Shown here: positions 19,048 to 28,570 of the stretch, in pieces
How the letters are laid out: every line of letters begins with the position of its first letter
Position numbering within the stretch: position 1 is the first letter of the stretch
NCBI GenBank assembly: GCA_005191425.1
Contig: SUPR01000006.1
Span: 31,371-63,370, forward strand
Source: Candidatus Helarchaeota ASGARD archaeon Hel_GB_B
GTDB taxonomy: Archaea; Asgardarchaeota; Lokiarchaeia; Helarchaeales; HEL-GB-B
Length of the DNA: 32,000 nt
Direction of reading: 5' to 3'
The notes under the pieces: generated by a model
What the model was told of the DNA's origin: nothing
The model's input: the letters and a program-made list of their open reading frames with translations, nothing else
Database searches by the model: none
Translations under genes and position numbers: made by a program

Positions 19048-19308
19048 TTATTCATATAATTTAGAAAATGAATTTTCTAATTCTTCTTTTTCTTTATCAA
19101 TTTTTTCTTGTAAATTTATCATACATTTTTCTATATATTCAATACAGTCTGATTCTATTGTTTTATCATTTATCTGGTTTGCTAAGTATCCAGCTTTTTT
19201 AAAAATTTCAGATGCTTTATCCCATTTTTCATCTCTATAAAGACGCATTGCTTTTTGGAATAATTTATAGAGTTTAGTTTTGGTTTTATCATCTTTACTG
19301 TAATTCAT
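19048..19308 (-). CDS. Small all-helical TPR/MIT-like protein
   Basis: 86 aa; LFQKAMRLYRDEKWDKASEIFKKA matches a TPR/MIT helix-pair pattern. Confidence 0.55.
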   Translation of the reverse strand: MNYSKDDKTKTKLYKLFQKAMRLYRDEKWDKASEIFKKAGYLANQINDKTIESDCIEYIEKCMINLQEKIDKEKEELENSFSKLYE

Positions 19309-19385
19309 AAAATCAAGACCATCTTCAACAAAATTAAATTAATTTTTATAATAGTTAAATATTAATAATTCATAGATGATTAAAA

Positions 19386-20144
19386 ATGATTTCTGGTTGG
19401 AATATATTTTTTGCAATGATTTTTGAAATTTGCATTTCTTCCGGTATTATAATTATTTCGGGATTATTTATATATAAATATTTGAAAAATAGGACTAAAC
19501 CAAGGCTTTATATGGCAATTACTATGATATGGTGGATATTGAGTGGTGTCTTCACATCTTCAGGAAGAATTGTAAAATTTATGGATTTAATCAATACAGG
19601 GACTTTCTATTCATATACTGCACCAACTTATGTACCAGATTTTTTTATAGTTATAGCATTGACTTGTTTTGCTATAGGAAACTCGTTTTTGATGATTTTT
19701 CTCCAGAATTTTTTTAAGAAAAGTAAAGTTCTGTTAATAATTTATTTAATAATTAATGCATTTGCTATAATTTCAATGTCTTGGTTATCATTTACAATAA
19801 CTTATCTTGGAACAAATGCAGAACAAATTTTTACGGATATTTGGAGTTTTAATGCATTATGTACATTATTTGTTACAATTTATATGGCATTTATTTCATT
19901 TCGCAGTGCTTCAAGGACTAACAAAATGGTAATTAAAAGAGGAAGTCAATTTATAGGACTTTCTGGAGTTTTTATGTTATTTATTAACATTTTTTTTGTT
20001 CTTGATGAAATAATAACTCCTGGATTTGGCGGAGCATTTACTATTTTTTATTATCTTGCCTGGATTTTCGTAGTTTTGAGCGAGTTATTTGTGTACCTTG
20101 GTTTTATCCTCCCAAAATGGTTAAGAAGACGCTGGGAAAAATAA
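19386..20144 (+). CDS. 7-TM membrane protein of unknown function
   Basis: Seven hydrophobic segments; basic loop after TM1; C-terminal YLGFILPKWLRRRWEK. Confidence 0.75.
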   Translation: MISGWNIFFAMIFEICISSGIIIISGLFIYKYLKNRTKPRLYMAITMIWWILSGVFTSSGRIVKFMDLINTGTFYSYTAPTYVPDFFIVIALTCFAIGNSFLMIFLQNFFKKSKVLLIIYLIINAFAIISMSWLSFTITYLGTNAEQIFTDIWSFNALCTLFVTIYMAFISFRSASRTNKMVIKRGSQFIGLSGVFMLFINIFFVLDEIITPGFGGAFTIFYYLAWIFVVLSELFVYLGFILPKWLRRRWEK

Positions 20145-20184
20145 ATTTAAAAATCTCATCTATTTTTTTTATTCTGGTGATATT

Positions 20185-21591
20185 TTGAAAATAAAAGAGT
20201 ATATTGACAAATTATTTCACCCAAAATCAATTGCTATAATTGAGGCATCTACTAAAATTCCGTGGTACATTCAAGGCATTATTGAAAGAAATTTTGAGGG
20301 TAATCTATATTTGGTTTCTAAAAAAGAAGATAATATTTTTGGAATTAAATGCTTTAAAGATATTTCAAAAATACCTGACAAAATAGACCTCGCAATAATA
20401 GCTGTTAATCGAAATAAACTGATTGACGTAATAAAAAAATGTATAGAAAAACAATTTTTTAATTTACACATATTTTCAGCTGGACTTGGAGAATATGATG
20501 AGAAAGGTATTGAAATTGAAAATGAAATTTACAATTTATTGAAAAATAGTAATACAAAAGCCATAGGACCGAATTGCATGGGAATTTATTCCACTGAAGG
20601 TAGACTCTCTTATAGCCCATATTTTTCAAAAGAAGAATGCAAAAAAAGATGCGTTTCATTTGTATCTCATTCCGGAGATTTAACTACACGATATGTTATC
20701 CGGACTAATGACTATGGGGTAAATTTTCATAATGTTGCTAGTATAGGAAATTCTATTAGCTTAAAGTTTTCCGATTTTATTTCTTATTTTAGCGAAATCG
20801 ATAGGGCAGATATAATTGCCGGTTATTTCGAGGGTTTTTCTCGGTTCAATGAATTGGAGGGTAAAATATTAATTGATATACTTAAAAAAAATAAAAAACC
20901 AATATTATTATTAAAAGGAGGGACCACATCCGATGGTAAAAGAGCTGTATCATCTCATACTGGGACAATTGCATCGAATTCTAACTTATGGAATTGTATT
21001 TTTAAGCAATCAAATGCCATTAAAATAGAAACATATGAAGAACTCATCGATTCTACGATTGCTTTTTATTTTTGTAAAGAATATTACCCAACTGTAAAAA
21101 GTCTTCTTATAATTACTTGGAGCGGCGGTAAAGCTGTATTGGGAGTTGATCGGACTATAAATCTGGGAATAAAGGTACCAGAAATCCAAGAACCGACTAA
21201 AACAAAAATGAAATCCATGATCTCAATTGGGAGTATTTCAAACCCTCTTGACCTACCTTGGATTGGAAGATCTGAAAAATTTTCTGAAATATGTAAGTTA
21301 GCTATTAGCGAGCCCTATATTGGTGGAGTAATTTTCGAAACATATGCACCCCGTCAATTTGATGAGAGATATGAAATCTATTTTCAAAATATTCTAAAAA
21401 TATTCAATCATTGTAAAAATTATAAAAAACCATTTTTAATGTCTTTACCCTTTGCAAATATAAAACAACGAGAAAAATTAAAAGAGAAATTTATTAAATA
21501 TTCTATACCAATTTTCCCAAGTATAGAACGAGCCGCAAAAGCATTTTTAAATCTTTATTATTTTAAACATCATCAAAATAATGTAATTTAA
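20185..21591 (+). CDS. Second acyl-CoA synthetase (NDP-forming) alpha-like CoA-binding protein
   Basis: LFHPKSIAII, IGPNCMG, VSHSG, AVSSHTG (phospho-His), NPLD. No ATP-grasp domain. Confidence 0.85.
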   Translation: MKIKEYIDKLFHPKSIAIIEASTKIPWYIQGIIERNFEGNLYLVSKKEDNIFGIKCFKDISKIPDKIDLAIIAVNRNKLIDVIKKCIEKQFFNLHIFSAGLGEYDEKGIEIENEIYNLLKNSNTKAIGPNCMGIYSTEGRLSYSPYFSKEECKKRCVSFVSHSGDLTTRYVIRTNDYGVNFHNVASIGNSISLKFSDFISYFSEIDRADIIAGYFEGFSRFNELEGKILIDILKKNKKPILLLKGGTTSDGKRAVSSHTGTIASNSNLWNCIFKQSNAIKIETYEELIDSTIAFYFCKEYYPTVKSLLIITWSGGKAVLGVDRTINLGIKVPEIQEPTKTKMKSMISIGSISNPLDLPWIGRSEKFSEICKLAISEPYIGGVIFETYAPRQFDERYEIYFQNILKIFNHCKNYKKPFLMSLPFANIKQREKLKEKFIKYSIPIFPSIERAAKAFLNLYYFKHHQNNVI

Positions 21592-22011
21592 AATTTTTAC
21601 GTCTTGTAATAACAATTTTTAAGATAGATTACCCATTTTGAAGCCTAAATTCACTTCAATTACAAATTTATTTTTGTGATATTACTCTAAATATTATAAA
21701 TTTATTAAATAAAAATCATAAAAAGTAAAATATATAGTTATTTAAATAATATATATGATTTTATATGATTTCTTTATTTTAAAATAAATTGAGATAATTA
21801 AAAATTAAAATAATGAAAGCAACGGAAATTAAAAAAACTCAAATATAATTAAATTATAAATTATTTCGTTCTTAGTTTTTCTTAATTCCATTGCAAAATA
21901 TCTATGTGAATAGTAAATGATTTAAATAGAATTTTCTAATTTTTTAAAAAATTTCTATAAAATTTTGTGAATCAGATATTTAGACGCAAATTTAAAATAA
22001 TAGTGATTTTA

Positions 22012-23358
22012 ATGAACGAAGAAATCAAACTTGTAGTGGCACAAGCTAGAAGTCGGGACGATAATCGAAATATAGTTAGAGTTAATGAGGATACTATGAA
22101 TAGTATAGAGATATATACAGGAGACATAATAGAAATTTCAGGAAATAGGACAACATGCTGCGTTGCATGGCCAGCATATCCGGAAGACCAAGAAAAAAAA
22201 ATTATTAGATTAAATAAATGGACTATGACTAATGCTAAGGTAGAAGTGGGAAAAAAAGTGTCTATCAGGAAAGCATTTACAAAAAATGCCAATACAGTTG
22301 TTCTTGAGCCCATAAATATGAAACTAAAGGAAGACAATTATCTGGAAAGATTTATCCAAAGTAAATTGATAAATTATCCAATAATTGAAGGAGATATTGT
22401 TTTAGTTACTATTGGACTGAATAAAGAAATTATTTTTAGAGTAAAAAAGACTTTACCAAAAGGTATTCTTGTAATTTCTACCAATACAAATATAAATATT
22501 ATAAATAAAAAACAATTATATTTGAATTCGGATGATGACCTAAATAATTATGAAAATCTCGGAGGATTAAATGATAAAATTCGAGAATTACGAGAAATCA
22601 TTGAAATACCAATTAATCACCCCGAGATCTATGACTATCTAAATATTAGAAAATTCAAAGGAATTTTATTATATGGCCCATCTGGGTGTGGTAAAACATC
22701 TTTAATAAAATCAATAGTAGATCAAACGGCAGTTAATTTTATTTCGCTCAATTTTTTAGATATTTTTGGTAAATATGCCGAGGAATTTGAAAAAAAGTTA
22801 ATAGATATTTTTAGAGAGGCTGTAAATAACCAACCAACTATAATTCATATCCCAAATATTGATTTACTTGCTCCGAATAATCCTAATAATATATTAGTCC
22901 CTGAAAAAAGGGTCATTTCCTTAATTCTCGAATTAATAGATAAAATTGATCCAAAATATACTATATTTTTAATTGGTGAAACTAATGATATTAATGCAGT
23001 AAATCCCTCACTATTACAGCCTGGAAAATTTGATATCTTGATAAATATAGACAGACCAGACGAAAAAAAGAGACTTGAAATTTTAAAAAATTTGACTAAA
23101 AATGAATTTTTATATGATAAAATTGACTTTCATGAATTAGCAAGAATGACGGAAGGTTTTACTGGTGCATCACTTAAACTCATGATTGATAATGCAAAAT
23201 TAAATGCAATTAAACGTAATTTCTCAAATATCTTGGACATTCAAGAAGAAATATCCTTAGACCGACTCAATGGACTTAAAATTATAAGTGATGATTTTAA
23301 TATATCTCTTAAAAAAATTAAAGAATTGATGGCACTCAATAATTCCACTGAAAAATAA
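22012..23358 (+). CDS. CDC48/VCP-like protein, N-domain plus a single degenerate AAA domain
   Basis: N-domain LVVAQA..RD..R.IVR; linker YENLGGL..KIRELREIIEIPINHPE; Walker A GPSGCGKT; degenerate Walker B IIHIPN. ATG at 22012 has a GTGAT RBS (the track starts at GTG 21967). Confidence 0.88.
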   Translation: MNEEIKLVVAQARSRDDNRNIVRVNEDTMNSIEIYTGDIIEISGNRTTCCVAWPAYPEDQEKKIIRLNKWTMTNAKVEVGKKVSIRKAFTKNANTVVLEPINMKLKEDNYLERFIQSKLINYPIIEGDIVLVTIGLNKEIIFRVKKTLPKGILVISTNTNINIINKKQLYLNSDDDLNNYENLGGLNDKIRELREIIEIPINHPEIYDYLNIRKFKGILLYGPSGCGKTSLIKSIVDQTAVNFISLNFLDIFGKYAEEFEKKLIDIFREAVNNQPTIIHIPNIDLLAPNNPNNILVPEKRVISLILELIDKIDPKYTIFLIGETNDINAVNPSLLQPGKFDILINIDRPDEKKRLEILKNLTKNEFLYDKIDFHELARMTEGFTGASLKLMIDNAKLNAIKRNFSNILDIQEEISLDRLNGLKIISDDFNISLKKIKELMALNNSTEK

Positions 23359-23426
23359 GAATGATAGAAATTTTTTTGAATATGTTAATACTAATTTAAT
23401 TAAATAAATAAAAAAGTGGCGTTATA

Positions 23427-23924
23427 ATGAATAAAAGTTCCCAATATCGATTAAAAATTAAACAACTTCAAGATATCTTTATAACAATCGATGGAATTTG
23501 GTTTTTAGAATGTGAAAAAAGATTTGGCTTTAAAAAAACGTTTGATATTGATTGTGAGGTTTGGAAGATTTTTGGAAAAATTATGATGAAGAGACTTAAA
23601 AAACAACAAAATATAGAAAATAATTGCACAATAGATGAAGCTATCAGAATTTTAGAAATTTATTATGATTTAGAAGGTACTAATGCAATAATCAGTAAAG
23701 TTTCAGAGAAAGAATTCAAAATTATTGTTAAAAATTGCATCTGGTATAATAATTTAGTAAAATCAAACAGAGATCAAGTAGTAAGATGTGATGAAGTAGA
23801 TAAACAGATATATCCAACATGGTTTAAGATATTAAATGAAGGTTTTGAACTAGAATTACTCAAGTCTATGCCAAGTGGAGATAATTTTTGTGAATTTAGA
23901 GTTAAGTTAGTAAATCCTAAATAG
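23427..23924 (+). CDS. DUF6125-like / V4R-fold protein
   Basis: IDGIWFLECEKRFG...DIDCEVW N-terminal motif and Cys pattern KNCIWY, RCDEVD, FCEF. Confidence 0.65.
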   Translation: MNKSSQYRLKIKQLQDIFITIDGIWFLECEKRFGFKKTFDIDCEVWKIFGKIMMKRLKKQQNIENNCTIDEAIRILEIYYDLEGTNAIISKVSEKEFKIIVKNCIWYNNLVKSNRDQVVRCDEVDKQIYPTWFKILNEGFELELLKSMPSGDNFCEFRVKLVNPK

Positions 23925-24054
23925 AATTTTGTTTTGAAATCTTATTTTCTTTAATTATTTTTCCATAAATTTAATTGTTCATTAATAAAACTAGTTTTAA
24001 CTTATTTTAAATGTATTTTTTACCATTTGTCCCTATTTATTTTTATTATCTCAA

Positions 24055-24783
24055 TTATTTTAATTTAAGAACATTTAAGAAACTCCAAAATATTAGAATT
24101 ATCCCTATAATTATTGATATCGGCGATGTAATATTTAAAAAATCAATTAATTGATCTAATATGGGATTAATGTTTAAATATCCAATTAAATTTTCATATC
24201 TAAATAAAAATCCAAGTCCAATAAATACAGCACCTGCCGATACTTTTAATGAATTATACCTAACCTCCCCCCCTGATTTTACAGCCAAATATAAATAAAT
24301 AATTGGAAATATCGAAAATCCAGCAAATATGAAAATAATAAAGATAATCTGAATGATACTAAATGTTTTTAATAATGATGGAGAAATAAAGACCATTATT
24401 ATCATTACAATTAACATCAAAATAGAAAAATAATAACCTTTATAATTTTTTGATTCATTTAATACTTTTTCTACATCATATACTTTTATTAAACAAGCCA
24501 AAAAAATTAATATATTAGATATTCTTTCTACAATATCTTTAATCTCATAATCCCAATAATTATAATTAATTTTCCATATCAATATTATAATTGATGTTAT
24601 TATTATTATTAGAAAAAAATACCCCCAAATAATAATATTTCTTCTTGTCGTTCCATCATATTTTGTCTTCTTTTTATTATAATTATAAAGGACAATCATC
24701 AATAAAATTGATTCAATGATTATTACTGAAATAAATAAATACACATTTGTATCGAAATATTGACTTACATATGATTGGACCAT
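24055..24783 (-). CDS. 7-TM membrane protein of unknown function
   Basis: About seven hydrophobic segments; same overall layout as 19386-20144. Confidence 0.7.
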   Translation of the reverse strand: MVQSYVSQYFDTNVYLFISVIIIESILLMIVLYNYNKKKTKYDGTTRRNIIIWGYFFLIIIITSIIILIWKINYNYWDYEIKDIVERISNILIFLACLIKVYDVEKVLNESKNYKGYYFSILMLIVMIIMVFISPSLLKTFSIIQIIFIIFIFAGFSIFPIIYLYLAVKSGGEVRYNSLKVSAGAVFIGLGFLFRYENLIGYLNINPILDQLIDFLNITSPISIIIGIILIFWSFLNVLKLK

Positions 24784-25066
24784 TTAAATCATCTTCATTT
24801 TCTTTATTGTATTATATATATAAATGATTTTTGATTTTGAATGACTTATAATTTGGGAAAAAATATATGATTTTTATGATTTCTAAACAATATTGGAATA
24901 TACACAAAAAATCTATAAAATCTATTGGTAATTTTGCTAATTTAATTAATTAAATTTTTATTTTTTGAAAATTAATCATAAAAAGATTAAGTATTACAAT
25001 AATAAGGGAAAAAACTCAATGAAAATCTGTATCTGACTTAAATTTAATTCAATATATATCTTTAAT

Positions 25067-26086
25067 CTAAGATATTGATAATTCTCCTAATGCAATTCGA
25101 CATAAATCAGTTATAAATAAAGGTATTAATCCATTCTTTTCACATTGGGCTTTTAAAGTATCATAACACATTGGACATATAAATATCATCGCTTCAGCTC
25201 CATTGTCAAGAGCATCTTTAATATTTTTATTTTGGTTCTCGATAGCTAATTCCTTTTTATTTAAGAAACCTAATAACGGTGCTTGACAACACATTGCATT
25301 CTCATAATCAAATTTTCTTTTAACACGTTCTACACCTATCAATCTAAAAATCTCGTCCAAAAAATCGTCTTTCTCAGGTGTTAATCTCGTTGAACATGAT
25401 CTCTGAAATGCTATTTTCATTTTAAGTAAATTTACTTTTTCTTTATTTTTTTGCAAATATCTCACAAGGTATTCATATAGATGAATTGGCTTGAATGGAA
25501 CATCTATCCCAAATGCAGGTGCAAATTTCTGAAAAAAAAGATAACATTCGTCATGAAAACAGATCAATTCTTTGCTAATAAAGTTCTTTAACGCCTTTTT
25601 AACATTTTCAACAATCAATGGTGCCCTTTTTTCTATCAGGCTATATTGACCAGTATGCAAATAAATCAAATTACAAAAAACAGACCTTCCACCTATTAAA
25701 GTTAAATTTTCAAATAAATCTCCTTTAAATAATTTACTATGACTTTTAAAAAACGCACATTGAGACATTAAAGGACCCTTGTTTTCCAAATTTAATGTAA
25801 ATTCATATGGCTCATATTGTTTCTCTAACATTTTAAGCAAATTTTTGTCAATATTAAATGTATTATTTATTTCCTGTAAACTTGCAATTAAATCAAAAGG
25901 ATTTGCATTCTCTTTACAATACTCATTACACGCATAACAAGTTACACATTCCGATAAAATAAATGAATCACCCAAATCTATCAAATTTATTATTTCCTTC
26001 TTTGCTTCTTCTAAATCTAAATCTAAATAATTACATTTATATAAACATTCACCGCATCTTGTACACTTTTCTTGTATAAATCGCAT
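25067..26086 (-). CDS. (Fe-S)-binding protein, HdrD/GlpC-like (2x[4Fe-4S] plus CCG-type domain)
   Basis: CTRCGECLYKC and CVTCYACNEYC ferredoxin motifs; C-terminal QRSC, MCC and ICPMC pattern. Confidence 0.85.
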   Translation of the reverse strand: MRFIQEKCTRCGECLYKCNYLDLDLEEAKKEIINLIDLGDSFILSECVTCYACNEYCKENANPFDLIASLQEINNTFNIDKNLLKMLEKQYEPYEFTLNLENKGPLMSQCAFFKSHSKLFKGDLFENLTLIGGRSVFCNLIYLHTGQYSLIEKRAPLIVENVKKALKNFISKELICFHDECYLFFQKFAPAFGIDVPFKPIHLYEYLVRYLQKNKEKVNLLKMKIAFQRSCSTRLTPEKDDFLDEIFRLIGVERVKRKFDYENAMCCQAPLLGFLNKKELAIENQNKNIKDALDNGAEAMIFICPMCYDTLKAQCEKNGLIPLFITDLCRIALGELSIS

Positions 26087-26410
26087 CTAATAAACACCTT
26101 AACAAAATTGTAATTAAATATACCATGTCTTTTATTTTTTAAGCAATATTTTAGCTATCTATGAAAATTTAAATTTAATCAAATAGATATTTTTCACTTT
26201 TTGAAATAAATAAATAATAACAAATTCACTTTTTTGGACTAATACAATAAAGTTATTAATTTCTAAATTTATTTTAAATATAATTAGGAAAAATTAAATT
26301 GATTTTTGGAAACTAGAAAATATAAATTTTTTATATAAATTTTAACTTTTTAATATGAAAATTTGATTTGGTTAAAATAAAATATTCGATGATAAAAAAC
26401 AAAAAAATAA

Positions 26411-27289
26411 TCACATTATTTTTATAGAAGATCCAGGATCTACCAAACTCAAGGTTTCTAATAAATTGATTAAATTACAGATATAAAGACCTCTCTGTGT
26501 AAGACTATATAATCGGCCATTTTTTGAAATTATATTTTCTTTTAATAAAATTTTAATGTGGTAAGCTAAATTTGAAGATCTTACAAGAGGAATATTATAA
26601 AATATTTCATTGTAATTTAGAGAACTTTTTTGCATCAATAGCTTAATAATAATTCTTCTAATTGGATGTGATAATAAATCTATAATGTTAGAATAAGGAA
26701 ATTCAATTAATGAAGACATTATCTTATTAAATTTGATTTGTTGAGATTCTTTCATTGAATTTAAATTTTCATAAATCAAAAAAACCAGTGTAAATTTAGT
26801 TTTATTTAATTTATATTTAATTGAATGAAAAAAATTCTCAATTGATTGAAAATCATAATAATCTAAAAATTTAATTAATTCACTAAAAACTAATAAAATA
26901 TTATTCTGTTTATGATTTTTTTTTAAAATTAAGTCTACTTTTTTTTCTACATTTTTCAAGTTAGAAAAATATACATCATTTTCTTTAAAATAATCGAAAT
27001 CAATTCTATATACTGGTTTTATTGTTATTTTTTCAAATTTATCAATAATTTTAGAGTTTTTACTTGAGACAAATAAGATTGTATCAAAATGTTTTTCAAT
27101 CTCTTGAATATTCTGTTCAATTAAATTTTTAATATCTTTCATATAAGAAAAATAAATTTTTTCTAAAAAACTTGTTTCTTTATAAATCAATTTGTTTAAA
27201 TTATGATTTTCATCTTCATTTAATTTACTTATTAATTTATAATAATTATTATCACTTAACAAAAATTTATTAGCATACATATTTATCAA
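26411..27289 (-). CDS. DUF835/KaiC-like domain fused to a C-terminal ArsR-type winged HTH
   Basis: C-terminal LLSHPIRRIIIKLL...LNYNEI...SSNLAYHIKILLKENII..NGRLYSLT..G (clear wHTH). The middle LLVFSELIKFLDYYDFQSIENFFHSIK resembles DUF835 (tentative). Confidence 0.65.
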   Translation of the reverse strand: MINMYANKFLLSDNNYYKLISKLNEDENHNLNKLIYKETSFLEKIYFSYMKDIKNLIEQNIQEIEKHFDTILFVSSKNSKIIDKFEKITIKPVYRIDFDYFKENDVYFSNLKNVEKKVDLILKKNHKQNNILLVFSELIKFLDYYDFQSIENFFHSIKYKLNKTKFTLVFLIYENLNSMKESQQIKFNKIMSSLIEFPYSNIIDLLSHPIRRIIIKLLMQKSSLNYNEIFYNIPLVRSSNLAYHIKILLKENIISKNGRLYSLTQRGLYICNLINLLETLSLVDPGSSIKIM

Positions 27290-27519
27290 AATTAAATTTT
27301 GTTAAAATTTTATTTGTGAAAATTATCTTTTTTTACTTAAAATCTTTTATAAAGTTTTAATCCATGAATAAATTATCATTATGAAATATTTAAGTGTTTC
27401 GAATTTCGTCATTTGCCCGGATATTGCAACATTACAAATATTTTATACAAATTTTCAAAAATGAAAAAAATATTGGAAAATTGAAAAAAATCAGTGAATA
27501 AATTAAAAATCGTGCTTGT

Positions 27520-27798
27520 ATGTTGGATAAAATTTTTGGTAATAATAGTGTAATTTTAATACTTAATACATTTCTTAAGAAAGAAAATCGTGAAAAATGG
27601 CTTAATGTACGAGAAATTGGAAGACGTTCAGGTATATCATCTGGAACAGTTTCAAGAAGAATTAATGAATTGGTAGAAAATGGTGTTTTAATAGAAGAAA
27701 ACCCTTCAGAATATAGAAGAATTTTTAAATTAAATATTCAAAACCCATATGTGCCTATTTTAATAAATTTTTTTGATCAATTATGCGAAATAGAATAA
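27520..27798 (+). CDS. Winged HTH transcriptional regulator
   Basis: LNVREIGRRSGISSGTVSRRINELVENGVL HTH followed by a wing. Confidence 0.85.
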   Translation: MLDKIFGNNSVILILNTFLKKENREKWLNVREIGRRSGISSGTVSRRINELVENGVLIEENPSEYRRIFKLNIQNPYVPILINFFDQLCEIE

Positions 27799-27912
27799 AA
27801 AAGAAACGATTTAAAAATTATAAAATTTATTTTATTATGAATAGATTATAATCCGTATTAATTTTTGATCTAAAACGAGATATCGCCAATCTAAATTTTT
27901 TTTATTTTAAAG

Positions 27913-27940
27913 ATTTTTTGAAAATTATTTTTTGAAAATT
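27913..27940. repeat. 14-bp perfect tandem direct repeat upstream of the GTPase cluster
   Basis: ATTTTTTGAAAATT x2 at 27913-27926 and 27927-27940. Low complexity, so it may be chance. Confidence 0.4.
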
Positions 27941-28090
27941 TTTGAGTTATCGAATTTGATATAATATGTTTTACCAATTTAATTTGACAGAAGAAAATAA
28001 ACATTATTATTTAAATTTCCTTTTTATTCAAAATTAATCATATCTAATTTAAAAAAATAAAAAAAATTACATAGTAATTTGGTGATTATC

Positions 28091-28564
28091 ATGGAAATGA
28101 GAAAATTAATAGATTTTCTGAATTTTGTTGTAGTTGCATATAATGAGGCGCTAGAAAATGTTGGTCTAGATTCGCAACTTATTAATGCTCAAATGGCCAG
28201 AGCATTCAAAGAAAAAGCTGCACATATAATTCAAGATGATTTTGCCTTAGATATAACAGGTGATAATATTCAAGATATTATTAAATCATTTAGTGAAAGA
28301 ATTAAAGAAACAGGAATTTGTCAAAAGACTGAGATTATTGAGATAAGCGATACAAATTTAACTTTAAAAACAGGGGATAGCATTCTCAATCAAGCAGATA
28401 AAATACTATTAAGAGATAGGCCTAACGATTATATACCAGCTAGTCCGATTATTTCAATGTTAAGCTCATTTCTCGAAGAGAAAACAGGAAAAAATTGTAT
28501 AATACAAAAATATGAATTCATTCCGGAAGAAAATTCTTCTCAATTCACAATAACATTGGAGTGA
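28091..28564 (+). CDS. V4R/Bet3(TRAPP)-fold-like hypothetical protein
   Basis: Apparent helix-rich N-half, then IIKSFSERIKETGIC..TEII...LTLKTGDS, PASPIISMLSSFLEEKTG and a terminal strand QFTITL, which recalls V4R topology. ATG at 28091 follows GGTGAT at 28081. The fold call is inference. Confidence 0.5.
   Translation: MEMRKLIDFLNFVVVAYNEALENVGLDSQLINAQMARAFKEKAAHIIQDDFALDITGDNIQDIIKSFSERIKETGICQKTEIIEISDTNLTLKTGDSILNQADKILLRDRPNDYIPASPIISMLSSFLEEKTGKNCIIQKYEFIPEENSSQFTITLE
28558..28564 (+). promoter_or_regulatory. Shine-Dalgarno-like site GGAGTGA for the Cys4 miniprotein, overlapping the upstream stop codon
   Basis: GGAGTGA lies 6 nt before ATG 28571. Confidence 0.6.
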
Positions 28565-28570
28565 TGTGAA

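Noticed and set aside
19386-24783. Microbial rhodopsin or heliorhodopsin identity for the two 7-TM proteins
   Set aside because: No Lys in the middle of TM7 and no RYxDW or SxxxK-type motifs.
27424-27437. Imperfect palindrome TTGCAACATTACAA between the divergent wHTH genes
   Set aside because: Only 10 of 14 positions are symmetric, which is expected by chance at this AT content.
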